From Hadesarchaea archaeon (lineage in GTDB: Archaea; Hadarchaeota; Hadarchaeia; Hadarchaeales; Hadarchaeaceae), in contig JAUWBN010000006.1 of the NCBI GenBank assembly GCA_030601675.1, forward strand, positions 1-47,684: a stretch of 47,684 nucleotides of DNA. Direction: 5' to 3'. The notes beneath the pieces were generated by a model that saw only the letters and a program-made list of their open reading frames with translations, was not told where the DNA came from and made no database searches. Shown piece after piece: positions 30,001-36,918 of the stretch. Made by a program: the position numbers and the translations under genes. Positions within the stretch are counted from its first letter, which is position 1; each line of letters opens with the position of its first letter.

Positions 30001-30554
30001 CGTGGGGCCTTGAACAGCTTTATTGTGAAGTAGATGGTCCATATTCCCAAGAGTAGCTGGATCGGCTCCCGGTCGAATGCTCCGACCTTGTGCCAATAGA
30101 TGCTCGAGGTTAGGGTAGCTGCGAAAAATGCTGCAGCACAACCACCGAGGTTTCCCCCAAGTTCCCTGCCGGTCAGGAAAATTGGGATGATCGAGAGGGC
30201 AAAAAGCAGTGGAGCCCAATAGCGAACCACATCCATCAGAGTTACGCTTGGGTTAATGGCGTGGACGCCCCCGTAGAGCATTACCGTTATCAGCGGTTGG
30301 GCTTGCTCCGTAAGGCCAACAGATGCTGCGTAAGGGGCGCGAGAGAGACGGTTATTTTCTACCATGCCGCGGGTTTCATCTATATCCACGGCGATGTCGT
30401 AGAACCATCCGCTGTCCGAGGTAGTCAGCGTGTCGTACTTTTCGCCCGGGATCAGAAGCACTGAAGTCGTAAAAGCCATCAGGGCAAGCAGGTAACCGAC
30501 GAGCAGCCATCGTCTGTAATTCAACCGTGCACCCACTAAACTGAGGTCAGCCAA
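27024..30554 (-). CDS. aglB: STT3/AglB-family oligosaccharyltransferase with a degenerate WWDYG motif (EWSFG) and four C-terminal Fn3/Ig-like repeats
   Basis: Polytopic N-terminus with SDSGWFY (first catalytic Asp position), GAFDRE (DxD/E), VAGEE (TIxE-equivalent position) and QVRF (conserved Arg). Soluble domain has WLRENTPENSVVAIEWSFGH...RRASVVDG and IDYVIF. Confidence 0.82.
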   Translation of the reverse strand: MADLSLVGARLNYRRWLLVGYLLALMAFTTSVLLIPGEKYDTLTTSDSGWFYDIAVDIDETRGMVENNRLSRAPYAASVGLTEQAQPLITVMLYGGVHAINPSVTLMDVVRYWAPLLFALSIIPIFLTGRELGGNLGGCAAAFFAATLTSSIYWHKVGAFDREPIQLLLGIWTIYFTIKLFKAPRSEMPKFALLAGLVYGLFGLAWSGALYIAPIVIGLLLLVLLSERLTWLPVILAGVFLLFTGFIGAIFKGGGTPGSVMNLVYILIGGLILAALIELFLHRASISSLFMRILTGVRTNIPLIVNVLGMLAVMTLALCILGGQSPMMWVSFGRSLLGGVGIGGVGEGISFGRVAGEEAAPNSWGDTVYRMYGGDPNTSLSQQGNAAVLTVLVFLLAVLALVMLCWRKKRWGLLSLSWLIVIAAMVWPGAGLAQVRFERMWWPFVPVLAGVGAAVLVSLVWRLSFEQFGEWLKHFLHDSVVIAFCVCIVATTFIFNARAVAGRTTPPTEWHGYGLDEGFMDSFAWLRENTPENSVVAIEWSFGHLMTGVARRASVVDGSGGDRGEIGIWENEDRPYYPPDYVYYVEDSTGIFLKSHWTINGRRTDVQYLPTLTDDNELAFYFKTYRDNYRVRIDYVIFHRYLYNTAIWATRRGGVQNSTTSGSIQDGKILYTFSDENVFFDPQSWEAYVARDDETLHLAGWVRAFFNQGGYITRILDYSLRPDPAIPQVLWILVPDWVEAPTWDQTHAQLTAPTEHGLPILMRVFEGRGTIPDFIGVAYTSSNGLVKVVKVYHEPSLTSPTDNTATSDNTPTFVWSGAVDAVKYELWVDNDADFTSPEIRENISTVTHTIPDENALVDDTYSWRVMAFRADNTELGWSPTWTFVVDTQVPGSPQLREPENNFELDTLQTTFAWTEPEPNVTYGTQIDDEVSFSPPYVHDNSDIKENSYTYLFSHNGTYYWRVQAFDRTGNASGWSDNYKLIIRAPPRAPTPSAPADGTITNDNTPTFGWAEGNADNYRLLVDNDADFLSPEENVRLGIIDSYVVADENALRDDNYSWKVIAIVGGSQDSSSVWTFVVDTTLPTAATLHAPENGTTTSNNTPTFEWTVGAGAAEHRLLVDNSSDFSSPEINVTLAAPENTYTPTTGLADDNYSWKVIAIDKAGNENESSVWTFTVQT
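27027..28172 (-). repeat. Four tandem ~95-aa Fn3/Ig-like repeats at the AglB C-terminus
   Basis: Recurring P.L..P.....NTPTF.W...Y.L.VDN..DF.SPE...YSW.V.A...S.VWTF.V. Near-identical DNA (ATCGCGATTACCTTCCAGGAGTA) at about 27082 and 27370. Confidence 0.85.
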
Positions 30555-30578
30555 CTTTAAAAATCATCGTTGGCGTTG

Positions 30579-30845
30579 TTACTCTTCTTTCTCGGTCTCG
30601 GGTTTGCTCTCTACCACGCTCGGCGCTGGAGCAGGCACCGGGGAGATTTCTTTGGTGCTAGCCATGATCCAACCCAGCCAGAAGCCCAAGCCAGCGAGGA
30701 TGAGCACCCCCGCAGTAATAGGCAGCGCAAATGCTAGCGTTCCCGGCCCCCAAGTGCCCCGTATATAGCCAAAGAAAATGTGAGCAACCGCTATCACTAC
30801 ACACACTACGCAGAGCAACGCTCCGATCATCCTTGAAGTCCCCAT
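30579..30845 (-). CDS. Small two-TM membrane protein directly upstream of aglB
   Basis: 88 aa, two hydrophobic helices and a Pro/Glu-rich tail; GGTGA RBS; TTTTTAAATA box upstream. Confidence 0.8.
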   Translation of the reverse strand: MGTSRMIGALLCVVCVVIAVAHIFFGYIRGTWGPGTLAFALPITAGVLILAGLGFWLGWIMASTKEISPVPAPAPSVVESKPETEKEE

Positions 30846-30962
30846 TATATCACCTTTAAAGCTAAGAATTGATGGAACAGCCCTTTTTAAATATCTTTCG
30901 CCGCACGAGAGTTTGAGTTCAGATTAGCAACCGTCATAAGTTCGGGCGACAAAACTCTACAT

Positions 30963-31039
30963 GGGCCCGTGGCGCAGTTGGATAGCGCGGCAGCCTCCTA
31001 AGCTGTAGGTCGCGGGTTCAAATCCCGCCGGGCCCGCCA
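30963..31039 (+). tRNA. tRNA-Arg(CCT)
   Basis: GGGCCCG/CGGGCCC acceptor stem, anticodon arm GCAGC-CTCCTAA-GCTGT, GGTTCAAATCC, encoded CCA. Confidence 0.97.
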
Positions 31040-31076
31040 GAAACTTTTTACAAACGCGCGAGCACGATTAAATAGT

Positions 31077-31154
31077 GCCCCTGTGGTGTAGACCGGTCAA
31101 TCATGCGAGCCTCTCGAGCTCGCGACTCGGGTTCAAATCCCGGCGGGGGCACCA
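31077..31154 (+). tRNA. tRNA-Glu(CTC)
   Basis: GCCCCTG/CGGGGGC stem, CGAGC-CTCTCGA-GCTCG anticodon arm, GGTTCAAATCC, encoded CCA. Confidence 0.96.
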
Positions 31155-31293
31155 TGTGGTCACATGTCGTGGAAAGTGGAAGAGGAGTTGGAGAAAAAAT
31201 TGCAAAAAAAGCGCAAGAAGTACCGTGCGGTCTATCGCAGGGCCCACAAAAAAAGCCGCTAGTTTTATTGCCTCGTCCAAAGAAGTTTTTCTT

Positions 31294-31383
31294 GCGGGGG
31301 TGCCCGAGCCTGGTCTAAGGGGCAGGACTTAAGATCCTGTGGCCGTAGGGCCTTCGCAGGTCCGAATCCTGCCCCCCGCACCA
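31294..31383 (+). tRNA. tRNA-Leu(TAA)
   Basis: GCGGGGG/CCCCCGC stem, CAGGA-CTTAAGA-TCCTG arm, long variable arm, encoded CCA; the T-loop reads TCCGAAT. Confidence 0.93.
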
Positions 31384-31397
31384 CAGTCGGTGAACCA

Positions 31398-32030
31398 ATG
31401 GTCAAAATCCTGGAAATCGACAGCCGATCCCCTCGCATCGACGCGATCGCTGAAGCTGCGGCCACGATAAGGGCTGGCGGCCTAGTGGTGTACCCAACCG
31501 AGACTGTTTACGGCCTGGGGGCTGACGCCTGCTCGGACGAAGCTGTGGCAAAAATTTTTGCTGTAAAGGCAAGGCCGTTGAAAGAACCAATTCCTGTTGC
31601 GGTTAATTCATTTGAACTAGCCCATCGGATCGCCGAGTTATCACCCATCGCCGCGCTCGCTTTCAAGAAATTTTTGCCCGGACCGCTCACTTTGGTTGTT
31701 AAATCCAAACGGGGAAAAATTTCAAAACTCGTGACCGCTGGCACCGAAAATGTAGGGATAAGGGTGCCGGACCATCCGGTTGTGCTCAAGCTCATCGAGT
31801 TTGTAGGCGGCCCGATCACAGCAACTTCGGCAAATCTTTCGGGAAAGTCAGCGCCGATTGCGATAAGAGGGGCGCTCGAACAGCTGGGCGAACACGTCGA
31901 CGTGGCGCTCGACTCCGGCAAATGTAAGCTAGGTGCACCATCGACCGTTTTGGACCTCAGCTCTGGGGACCTACGAATCCTCCGGGAAGGCCCGATATCG
32001 GAAAAAGAACTCTCAAGAATTCTCAAATGA
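31398..32030 (+). CDS. tsaC: Threonylcarbamoyl-AMP synthase, short YrdC/TsaC form
   Basis: YPTETVYGL, K.RP, PGPLT, GIRVPDHP, TSANLSG and PSTV; no C-terminal SUA5 domain. Confidence 0.92.
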   Translation: MVKILEIDSRSPRIDAIAEAAATIRAGGLVVYPTETVYGLGADACSDEAVAKIFAVKARPLKEPIPVAVNSFELAHRIAELSPIAALAFKKFLPGPLTLVVKSKRGKISKLVTAGTENVGIRVPDHPVVLKLIEFVGGPITATSANLSGKSAPIAIRGALEQLGEHVDVALDSGKCKLGAPSTVLDLSSGDLRILREGPISEKELSRILK

Positions 32031-32032
32031 TG

Positions 32033-32833
32033 TTACCTTCGTTTTGACTGCCTCGCAATCGAAGCCGCGAAGATCCCTGCCCCAAAACCGTTGTCTATAT
32101 TGACGACCGCGATCTTGGGGGAGCAGGTCTGGAGCATCGTCATGAGAGCCCCCGCGCCCTTCAGCCCCACCCCATACCCGATCGAGGTCGGCACTCCGAC
32201 GACGGGCACGTCAATTAAACTCGAGACGAGAGAAGGTAAAGTCCCCTCCATCCCCGCGACGACCACGATAGCCGTCACCCCCTGCTCGACCATGCGCTTA
32301 AGAGGTTCGAACAATCGATGGATCCCAGCAACGCCAACATCATAGGCTTTCAGCACCTCACAACCCATCACCTCGGCCGCGACCACCGCCTCCTCCGCGA
32401 CCGGCACATCAGCTGTACCAGCCGCAAGTACTCCTATCTTCCCGCTCTTTGGGAAAAGATGGCCCTTCTTTTTGATGACGATGGTTCTAGCCTTGGAATT
32501 GTACTCAACCTCGAAGTCCCCCCGAAGCCTCGATTGGATCAATTTGAGGTGTTTTTCACTCACCCGGGTTACTAGAGCATAGCCGCTCGTGCTCGCGAAT
32601 GCAATCGCAGTTTTGGCAACTGTCTCGGGGCTCTTTCCTTCGGCCAGCACCACTTCTGGGATCCCGATTCGATGAACTCGCTCGATATCCAGCCTTGCTA
32701 GGTCGCCGATCCGCTTTATGTTAAAGGCTGCCAACTTTCGTTTGGCTTGCTCAACGGTGAGTTTTCCGGCCAATAACGCGTTGAGCACGCCTTCAACGCC
32801 GGTGATGAGCTCCTTTCGGCTTTTGGCCCCCAC
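32033..32833 (-). CDS. larB: Nickel-pincer cofactor biosynthesis protein LarB (PurE-like)
   Basis: GIPEVVLAEGK, AGTADVPVAEEA, DVGVAGIHRL, AGMEG.LPS, VPTSIGYG and VVNIDNGFGA. Confidence 0.92.
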   Translation of the reverse strand: MGAKSRKELITGVEGVLNALLAGKLTVEQAKRKLAAFNIKRIGDLARLDIERVHRIGIPEVVLAEGKSPETVAKTAIAFASTSGYALVTRVSEKHLKLIQSRLRGDFEVEYNSKARTIVIKKKGHLFPKSGKIGVLAAGTADVPVAEEAVVAAEVMGCEVLKAYDVGVAGIHRLFEPLKRMVEQGVTAIVVVAGMEGTLPSLVSSLIDVPVVGVPTSIGYGVGLKGAGALMTMLQTCSPKIAVVNIDNGFGAGIFAASIARQSKRR

Positions 32834-32905
32834 GAAATCACGCTTCGCTTATTTTAGGTCGCGTAGTCTTTAAATTATGATGCGGCGAGGTTCAAGGGGA
32901 CGATT

Positions 32906-33277
32906 ATGGAAATCGAGTTATTGGGAAAAAGCCTGAATGCGCCGAAATTCTTGGGGGTGCTTGAAAAAGAATTTGACTGGTTTATTTCTTACACCCTGTT
33001 GCTCGCCGAGAAGCACTTCGAGGACCCGGAAAGCAAGAGGATTTACATCGCGGTCGCCTTCATAGGTGATTACCTCTGGGATCTTCACACCCTCCGATTC
33101 GAGGAGATCATCTACGAGAAGGATCGCACGCGAAGGCGCAAGGTAGCGGTACCCCCCCGAGTCGTGGCCGAGAAGGCCATCGCCGAGCTCCGCGCAGCTT
33201 ACGAAAAAACAAAGGAGCTGCCAGCCCGGATAAAAAAACGTCTGAAGGAAGCCCAAGAGGCCCAAGCCGCAAGGTGA
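32906..33277 (+). CDS. Hypothetical protein
   Basis: 123-aa ORF filling the larB-proC gap, with a TTTAAA box and a purine-rich RBS upstream; no motif recognised. Confidence 0.7.
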   Translation: MEIELLGKSLNAPKFLGVLEKEFDWFISYTLLLAEKHFEDPESKRIYIAVAFIGDYLWDLHTLRFEEIIYEKDRTRRRKVAVPPRVVAEKAIAELRAAYEKTKELPARIKKRLKEAQEAQAAR

Positions 33278-33279
33278 TG

Positions 33280-34068
33280 CTACCTCGATAGTTCCTTCGC
33301 TCTTCTCGCGGCAGCCTTCACCGCATCTCTGAGCGCATCAGCTACTTTTCGCTCTTCTAGCACTTTGAGCCCCTCGACCGTCGTCCCTTTTGGGGTGCAC
33401 ACCATCTCTATTAACTCCTCCAGCGTCTTCCCCTCGCGCAAAATTACTTCACCCGCCCCCTTTGCGGTTTGCGCGGCGAGCTTGAGCGCTACCTCGCTTG
33501 ACAGGCCGAGCTCGACCCCAGCTTCTTGCAGAGCTTGTACGATGAAGTAAAAATATGCCGGGCCGCTCCCGCTCAGTCCCGTGACTGCATCCATCAACTT
33601 TTCATCCACTTTGAACGTCGTGCCCATACCGGCTAGGAGCTTCTCAACTAATTTCCCGTCTTCTCTCAAAGCTCTGGTGCCGAGCGAGAAGCATGATGCC
33701 ATCCCCCCGACGAGCCCACAGATGTTCGGCATTACCCTTATCACCCGCGCGCCCGTCCTAGCTTCAATAAATTTTGTCGAGACCCCTGCCGCGACCGAAA
33801 CGAACAATTTGCCATCCGAGAACTCCTTGGTCTCTTCCAGCACGGATTCAACGATGTCCGGCTTCACGGCGATGAAGATGACATCACAATGTTCCACCAA
33901 CTTTTTGTTGTCGGTTGTCGTCTCGATCCCGAACTTCCCAAGCTCCTTGAGTTTCTCATCGCTCACGTCGCTGGCTACGATCCCCTCCGCCTGAAGCGTG
34001 CCGGCGTTTAGGATACCCTTTATCAGGGAACTCCCCAAATTGCCGCACCCGATGAAACCCACCTTCAT
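33280..34068 (-). CDS. proC: Pyrroline-5-carboxylate reductase
   Basis: GFIGCGNLG, AVKP, SVAAGV, RVMPN, TGLSGSGPAY and V.TP.GTT..GL. Confidence 0.96.
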   Translation of the reverse strand: MKVGFIGCGNLGSSLIKGILNAGTLQAEGIVASDVSDEKLKELGKFGIETTTDNKKLVEHCDVIFIAVKPDIVESVLEETKEFSDGKLFVSVAAGVSTKFIEARTGARVIRVMPNICGLVGGMASCFSLGTRALREDGKLVEKLLAGMGTTFKVDEKLMDAVTGLSGSGPAYFYFIVQALQEAGVELGLSSEVALKLAAQTAKGAGEVILREGKTLEELIEMVCTPKGTTVEGLKVLEERKVADALRDAVKAAARRAKELSR

Positions 34069-34152
34069 ATCACTCCCGCATCCATATCGTTCAAAGATAT
34101 TAAAGTGCTAACCTCGGAAGTCTTTTAGATTTCAAGTGTCAGTTTTAATCGG

Positions 34153-34236
34153 GCCGCCGTAGCTCAGTTGGTAGAGCGCCACCTTGGTATGAGTACAAAA
34201 AGGTGGAGGTCGCGAGTTCAATCCTCGCCGGCGGCT
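34153..34236 (+). tRNA. tRNA-Thr(GGT) with an 11-nt intron (34190-34200) at position 37/38
   Basis: GCCGCCG/CGGCGGC stem and CCACC-TT-GGT-A[TGAGTACAAAA]A-GGTGG; no encoded CCA; followed by a T-run. Confidence 0.9.
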
Positions 34237-34291
34237 TTTTTTCCAAATTGTGTAAAAAGAAACAAACGTGCTTTAAATACTGGCACCTAGA

Positions 34292-35104
34292 ATGAAGTTC
34301 GGTGAATCCGTGCCCGTGATGTGGTTGGAAGGGTTATTAGTTTTCATAGTTTTTCTCGTCGCCATATTTCTGATGGCCGCGATAAGGATTCTGCGGGAGT
34401 ACGAGCGGGCGGTGAAATTTAGGTTGGGCAGGTTCGCAGGGATCAAGGGGCCTGGAATCTTCCTAATCAATCCGATACTCGACAGGATAAAGAAAGTCGA
34501 CCTGCGCACGATAACGCTCGACGTGCCCAAACAGAATATTATCACCAAGGATAACGTAAGCGTCAACGTCGATGCCGTTGTATACATGCGGGTGGTAAAC
34601 CCGGGCGATGCCATCATGAAGGTGGAGCACTATATCATTGCCACGAGCCTACTCGCTCAGACCACGCTGCGGGATGTGCTCGGGCAAAGGGACTTGGACG
34701 AACTGCTGACTAAACGTGATGAACTGAATGTGAGCCTCCAGAAGATCATCGATGAGGCGACCGACGCTTGGGGCATAAAGGTGAGTTCGGTGACGGTGAG
34801 GGACGTGAGCCTGCCCGATGAGATGCTTCGCGCGATAGCGAAGCAGGCGGAAGCGGAGCGGGAGCGGAGATCGAGGGTGATAATGGCCCAGGGTGAGTTC
34901 GAGGCGGCGAAGAAGATGGCCGAGGCCGCGAAGCAGTACCAAGAGAACCCGTCTGCGATAAGACTTCGGGAGCTCCAAACCCTGACCGAGATTGCCCGCG
35001 AGAAGAACATGATCGTGGTGAGCCCGACCCAGCTTGGCACCCGGCTTGGAGAAGTGCTCGGTGTAACTACAGCACTCCGGAAAAAAGGGAAGGGGAAAGA
35101 GTAG
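34292..35104 (+). CDS. SPFH/stomatin-like (slipin) protein
   Basis: EYERAV.FRLGR, VDLRT, ITKDNV.V.VDAVVY, AQTTLR, WGIKV, QAEAERERR and LRELQTL. The true start may be the ATG at 34319. Confidence 0.95.
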   Translation: MKFGESVPVMWLEGLLVFIVFLVAIFLMAAIRILREYERAVKFRLGRFAGIKGPGIFLINPILDRIKKVDLRTITLDVPKQNIITKDNVSVNVDAVVYMRVVNPGDAIMKVEHYIIATSLLAQTTLRDVLGQRDLDELLTKRDELNVSLQKIIDEATDAWGIKVSSVTVRDVSLPDEMLRAIAKQAEAERERRSRVIMAQGEFEAAKKMAEAAKQYQENPSAIRLRELQTLTEIAREKNMIVVSPTQLGTRLGEVLGVTTALRKKGKGKE

Positions 35105-36331
35105 TCATTTCTTGCCACGTTTTTCGACGATTAGCACTAAGCCCTTCACATCCTTGACCACGACCTCCTCGCCCTCTCGAATTCGTTTCTCGGAGGTCGC
35201 ACGCCAGAGTTCACCCTTCAGCCTGACCATCCCATCCGGGGCGAGGTCGGTGGTGGCGACACCAACTTGACCTATCATGGCTTCCCTACCCACAGCTATG
35301 GGTCTCTTCATAGCACGTCTCGCCAGCACGATGAAGACGGCGAAGACGGCGAGCAGACCTATCGCCACCCCCTTCGCCACGTCGCCCGCGACCTCAACCC
35401 ACGGCTCCTTGTTGATCATCATCAGCCCTAGGATGAGGGCAACTCCTCCCCCAATTCCGAAGACGCCGAAGCCAGGCGTGAAGATCTCAGCTGCGATCAA
35501 CACCACCCCCAGCAAAATCAGCGCGACCCCGACGTAGTCTATCTTAAGCACCCCCAAGCCCCAGAAGGCCAACAGCAAACAAATCACGCCAGCTATGCCG
35601 GGAACCCCTATACCCGGGGTGGTTATTTCAGCCAAGATGCCGAGCAGCCCGGCGATAAACAGGATGGCAACTATGTTTGGGTCGCTGAGCACCCTCAACA
35701 CTTTTTCGAAGACGCCCATCTCGATCTCCCTTATTTCGGCGCCGGGCCTACCGATATAGCTTAAAATTTCAGCATCGCTGTGCGCGCGCAGTTCAATGAT
35801 TTTATTGTCGAGCGCCTCCTCGGACCCCATTGCTAAATTTTGCGTCACAAATAGTTCCGCTATTTCTTTTGGACGGCCACGATTTTCGGCCACCTCCCCA
35901 ATCCATTTAGCCATAGCCGCAGTGAACTTCGGATCCTCAGGCCTGGGCTGCGCTACGCCTATCGTTGTTGCACTATCCATGGCTGCAACATGCGACGCAA
36001 GTAGGATGTATGTGCCTGCTGAATATGCCCACCTCCCCTGCGGGGTGACCCAAACTACAATCCTATTCTCCTCGACATCCATCATCTTATCAACAATTTC
36101 TTTGGTTGCAGAAAGTAGTCCGCCTGGGGTGTCGATCTTTATTATCAACCAAACGTTGTCTCGCTCGGCTCGATCGATCGATTTTTGGATGAAGTTCGAG
36201 ATGCCCGCGTCTATCGTCCCTTTCACTTTTATCGAGTAAACGAAGTCCTGCTGGGCCTCGCCAGTGTGTGTCGTCGCTAGGCAGCCGAGAATTATCAGAA
36301 AAATCGCGAGCACGAAAATTCGCTTGTTCAT
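35105..36331 (-). CDS. nfeD: NfeD-family membrane serine protease (long form, ClpP-like ectodomain)
   Basis: Signal peptide, IDTPGG, SAG (catalytic Ser), IG.AQP, TM bundle with E..TPG.G and a C-terminal OB fold (GELWRA). Start reassigned to the ATG at 36331 (MNKR). Confidence 0.93.
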   Translation of the reverse strand: MNKRIFVLAIFLIILGCLATTHTGEAQQDFVYSIKVKGTIDAGISNFIQKSIDRAERDNVWLIIKIDTPGGLLSATKEIVDKMMDVEENRIVVWVTPQGRWAYSAGTYILLASHVAAMDSATTIGVAQPRPEDPKFTAAMAKWIGEVAENRGRPKEIAELFVTQNLAMGSEEALDNKIIELRAHSDAEILSYIGRPGAEIREIEMGVFEKVLRVLSDPNIVAILFIAGLLGILAEITTPGIGVPGIAGVICLLLAFWGLGVLKIDYVGVALILLGVVLIAAEIFTPGFGVFGIGGGVALILGLMMINKEPWVEVAGDVAKGVAIGLLAVFAVFIVLARRAMKRPIAVGREAMIGQVGVATTDLAPDGMVRLKGELWRATSEKRIREGEEVVVKDVKGLVLIVEKRGKK

Positions 36332-36525
36332 CGGCTCGCCGCCCGCTCGATGTTGCCCTTGTCCTGCAGCCCGGCTCGAGGAGCAAATCTTGGCGCCCTT
36401 TTTGCGGGCGCAGCCGCAGGAGAAAAACATTGTCCAACTTGTACATCATCGACTCGAGCACCAATAGCGTTTTTAAGCTCCCGAGCGCAGACCATAATGT
36501 CCAAGCTAGACATGAATAACTTCAT
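36328..36525 (-). pseudogene. rqcH: Frameshifted, truncated 5' remnant of rqcH/Rqc2 (NFACT family)
   Basis: MSSLDIMVCARELKNAIGARVDD continues after a frameshift near 36444 as YKLDNVFLLRLRPQKGRQDLLLEPG, resembling the NFACT-N start; homology then ends at the nfeD start. Confidence 0.75.
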
Positions 36526-36545
36526 ACCATCATCTGGTGTGTGAT

Positions 36546-36842
36546 ATGGAACTCGTGGCTAAAATTACCCTCCTATTCGCCGCGTTCGGGGCGATAGCTG
36601 GATGTGTATTCGAAGTTGCTCCCATCCCAAGCGACTTGTCAGGAGCATTCGCTGGGATTATCATTTTTTTCACCATTTTCTATGTCGCGTATAAACTGGC
36701 ACCAATAGCGCTCAAGTTCACACCCGAGGAGTTCCCGGGTGGAAGGTGGACGGGATGGACCGCGTTCAAGAGAGGATTTTCGGGGTTTTTCATCATGTGG
36801 TTGGTCCTGTGGATAATGACTCATACCATACTGGTTTCCTGA
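36546..36842 (+). CDS. Three-TM membrane protein resembling archaeal EMC6-like proteins
   Basis: 98 aa, three helices, ending G...FFIMWLVLWIM.HT as in EMC6-like proteins. Assignment from memory of the family, not from a search. Confidence 0.55.
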   Translation: MELVAKITLLFAAFGAIAGCVFEVAPIPSDLSGAFAGIIIFFTIFYVAYKLAPIALKFTPEEFPGGRWTGWTAFKRGFSGFFIMWLVLWIMTHTILVS

Positions 36843-36918
36843 GGAACCGTCCCGACTTTTACCCACCCCAATTGCTGTTTTTATCTCCTCGTCACATACC
36901 TTGTGAGGGGGCTGAGAG

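Noticed and set aside
30963-31383. tRNA cluster as a possible integration site
   Set aside because: No integrase and no duplicated tRNA 3' end (att site) were seen in the window.
36332-36430. Apparent N-terminal extension of NfeD
   Set aside because: This DNA belongs to the rqcH remnant; the signal peptide begins at MNKR (36331).
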